Source: Desulfobacterales bacterium
Lineage (GTDB): Bacteria; Desulfobacterota; Desulfobacteria; Desulfobacterales; UBA5852
Assembly (NCBI GenBank): GCA_963674755.2
Contig: CAXXVS010000003.1
Location: 1,440,001 to 1,504,000, forward strand
Length of the DNA stretch: 64,000 nt
Direction: 5' to 3'
Shown: positions 63,408 through 64,000 of the stretch, in pieces
Position numbering within the stretch: position 1 is the first letter of the stretch
Layout of the letters: every line of letters starts with the position of its first letter
Made by a program: the position numbers and the translations under genes
Notes under the pieces: generated by a model
Database searches by the model: none
Told to the model about the DNA's origin: nothing
What the model saw: only the letters and a program-made list of their open reading frames with translations

Positions 63408-63617
63408 TTGAAACCTTGCGACCAGAACATTCTAAAGACGCTGCACCTCGTGGATGAGATGATCGCCCTGGCGAACCGCGGCGACGAAGACCGCGAGGAC
63501 GTGGGATGCGGCGTCTTGTACGGTGTCCTCAGAGATACGGCCTATAAGCTGAAGCGTATGGCCGAGGAAGAAAAGCGTTCCCATCAGGAAAAGGGGTGGT
63601 GGCCCCTGGAGCAATGA
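63408..63617 (+). CDS. Small hypothetical protein
   Basis: TTG start with AGGAG upstream; helical 69-aa protein (REDVGCGVLYGVLRDTAYKLK). Confidence 0.6.
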   Translation: MKPCDQNILKTLHLVDEMIALANRGDEDREDVGCGVLYGVLRDTAYKLKRMAEEEKRSHQEKGWWPLEQ

Positions 63618-63689
63618 TACCCTGATCGATTTCAACCGTGGTTTTTTGTTAAATTATTTCACCTTAATTTTTTTAAAGGAGGATGACGA

Positions 63690-64000
63690 GTGTCAACGTT
63701 AAAAGGAAGCCAGACCGAGAAGAACTTGCTCGCCTCGTTTGCCGGGGAATCCCAGGCGCGTAATCGCTATACCTATTTCGCCAAACAGGCCCAAAAAGAC
63801 GGTTACGTTCAGATTGCGCGCATTTTTGAAGAAACGGCCAATCAGGAAAAGGAGCATGCCAAACGGCTGTTCAAGTTTCTCGAAGGGGGCGAAGTCGAGG
63901 TGGTGGCCGCCTTCCCGGCCGGTGTTATCGGTGGAACCTACGACAATTTGATGGCCTCCGCCGATGGTGAGCGTTACGAACACACGGAAATGTATCCGGG
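63690..64000 (+). CDS. rbr: Rubrerythrin, 3' end outside the window
   Basis: GTG start after AAGGAGG; my translation reads MSTLKGSQTEKNLLASFAGESQARNRYTYFA...EETANQEKEHAKRLFKFL. It is absent from the ORF track because no stop falls in the window. Confidence 0.93.
   Translation, partial: MSTLKGSQTEKNLLASFAGESQARNRYTYFAKQAQKDGYVQIARIFEETANQEKEHAKRLFKFLEGGEVEVVAAFPAGVIGGTYDNLMASADGERYEHTEMYP

Overview
This is a GC-rich chromosomal segment from a sulfate-reducing bacterium, probably Desulfobacterota (dsrC, ahbA, por, hcp/hcpR and rbr are present). It has four main blocks. (1) 1-6 kb: a TRAP transporter plus a LutC/LutB-type L-lactate dehydrogenase. (2) About 6.1-31 kb: a large type II FAS/PKS lipid cluster with an aryl-polyene-like scaffold (2 ACPs, a KS-CLF fusion, 2 FabF, FabG, 3 hot-dog dehydratase genes, a thioesterase, an acyl-ACP ligase, LolA-like and lipoprotein genes, and a degenerate GT2). 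It carries five radical SAM enzymes: three B12-binding ones and a tandem paralogous non-B12 pair. An ERCC4 nuclease/hipBA islet interrupts it. (3) 31-56 kb: Fe-ADH, a CrtI-like oxidoreductase with an FNR-[2Fe-2S] reductase, miaA, dsrC, ahbA, a nitrilase-family gene, PFOR, a second lactate-oxidation locus with a GntR regulator and its operators, fumarase and a hybrid kinase. (4) 56-64 kb: a putative HcpR-controlled nitrosative-stress module (tetraheme NapC/NrfH-type cytochrome, octaheme HAO-like cytochrome, hcp, ferredoxin), followed by rubrerythrin. The radical-SAM-rich lipid cluster is the best candidate for an undescribed system. All family assignments come from motif recognition by eye; no database searches were run.
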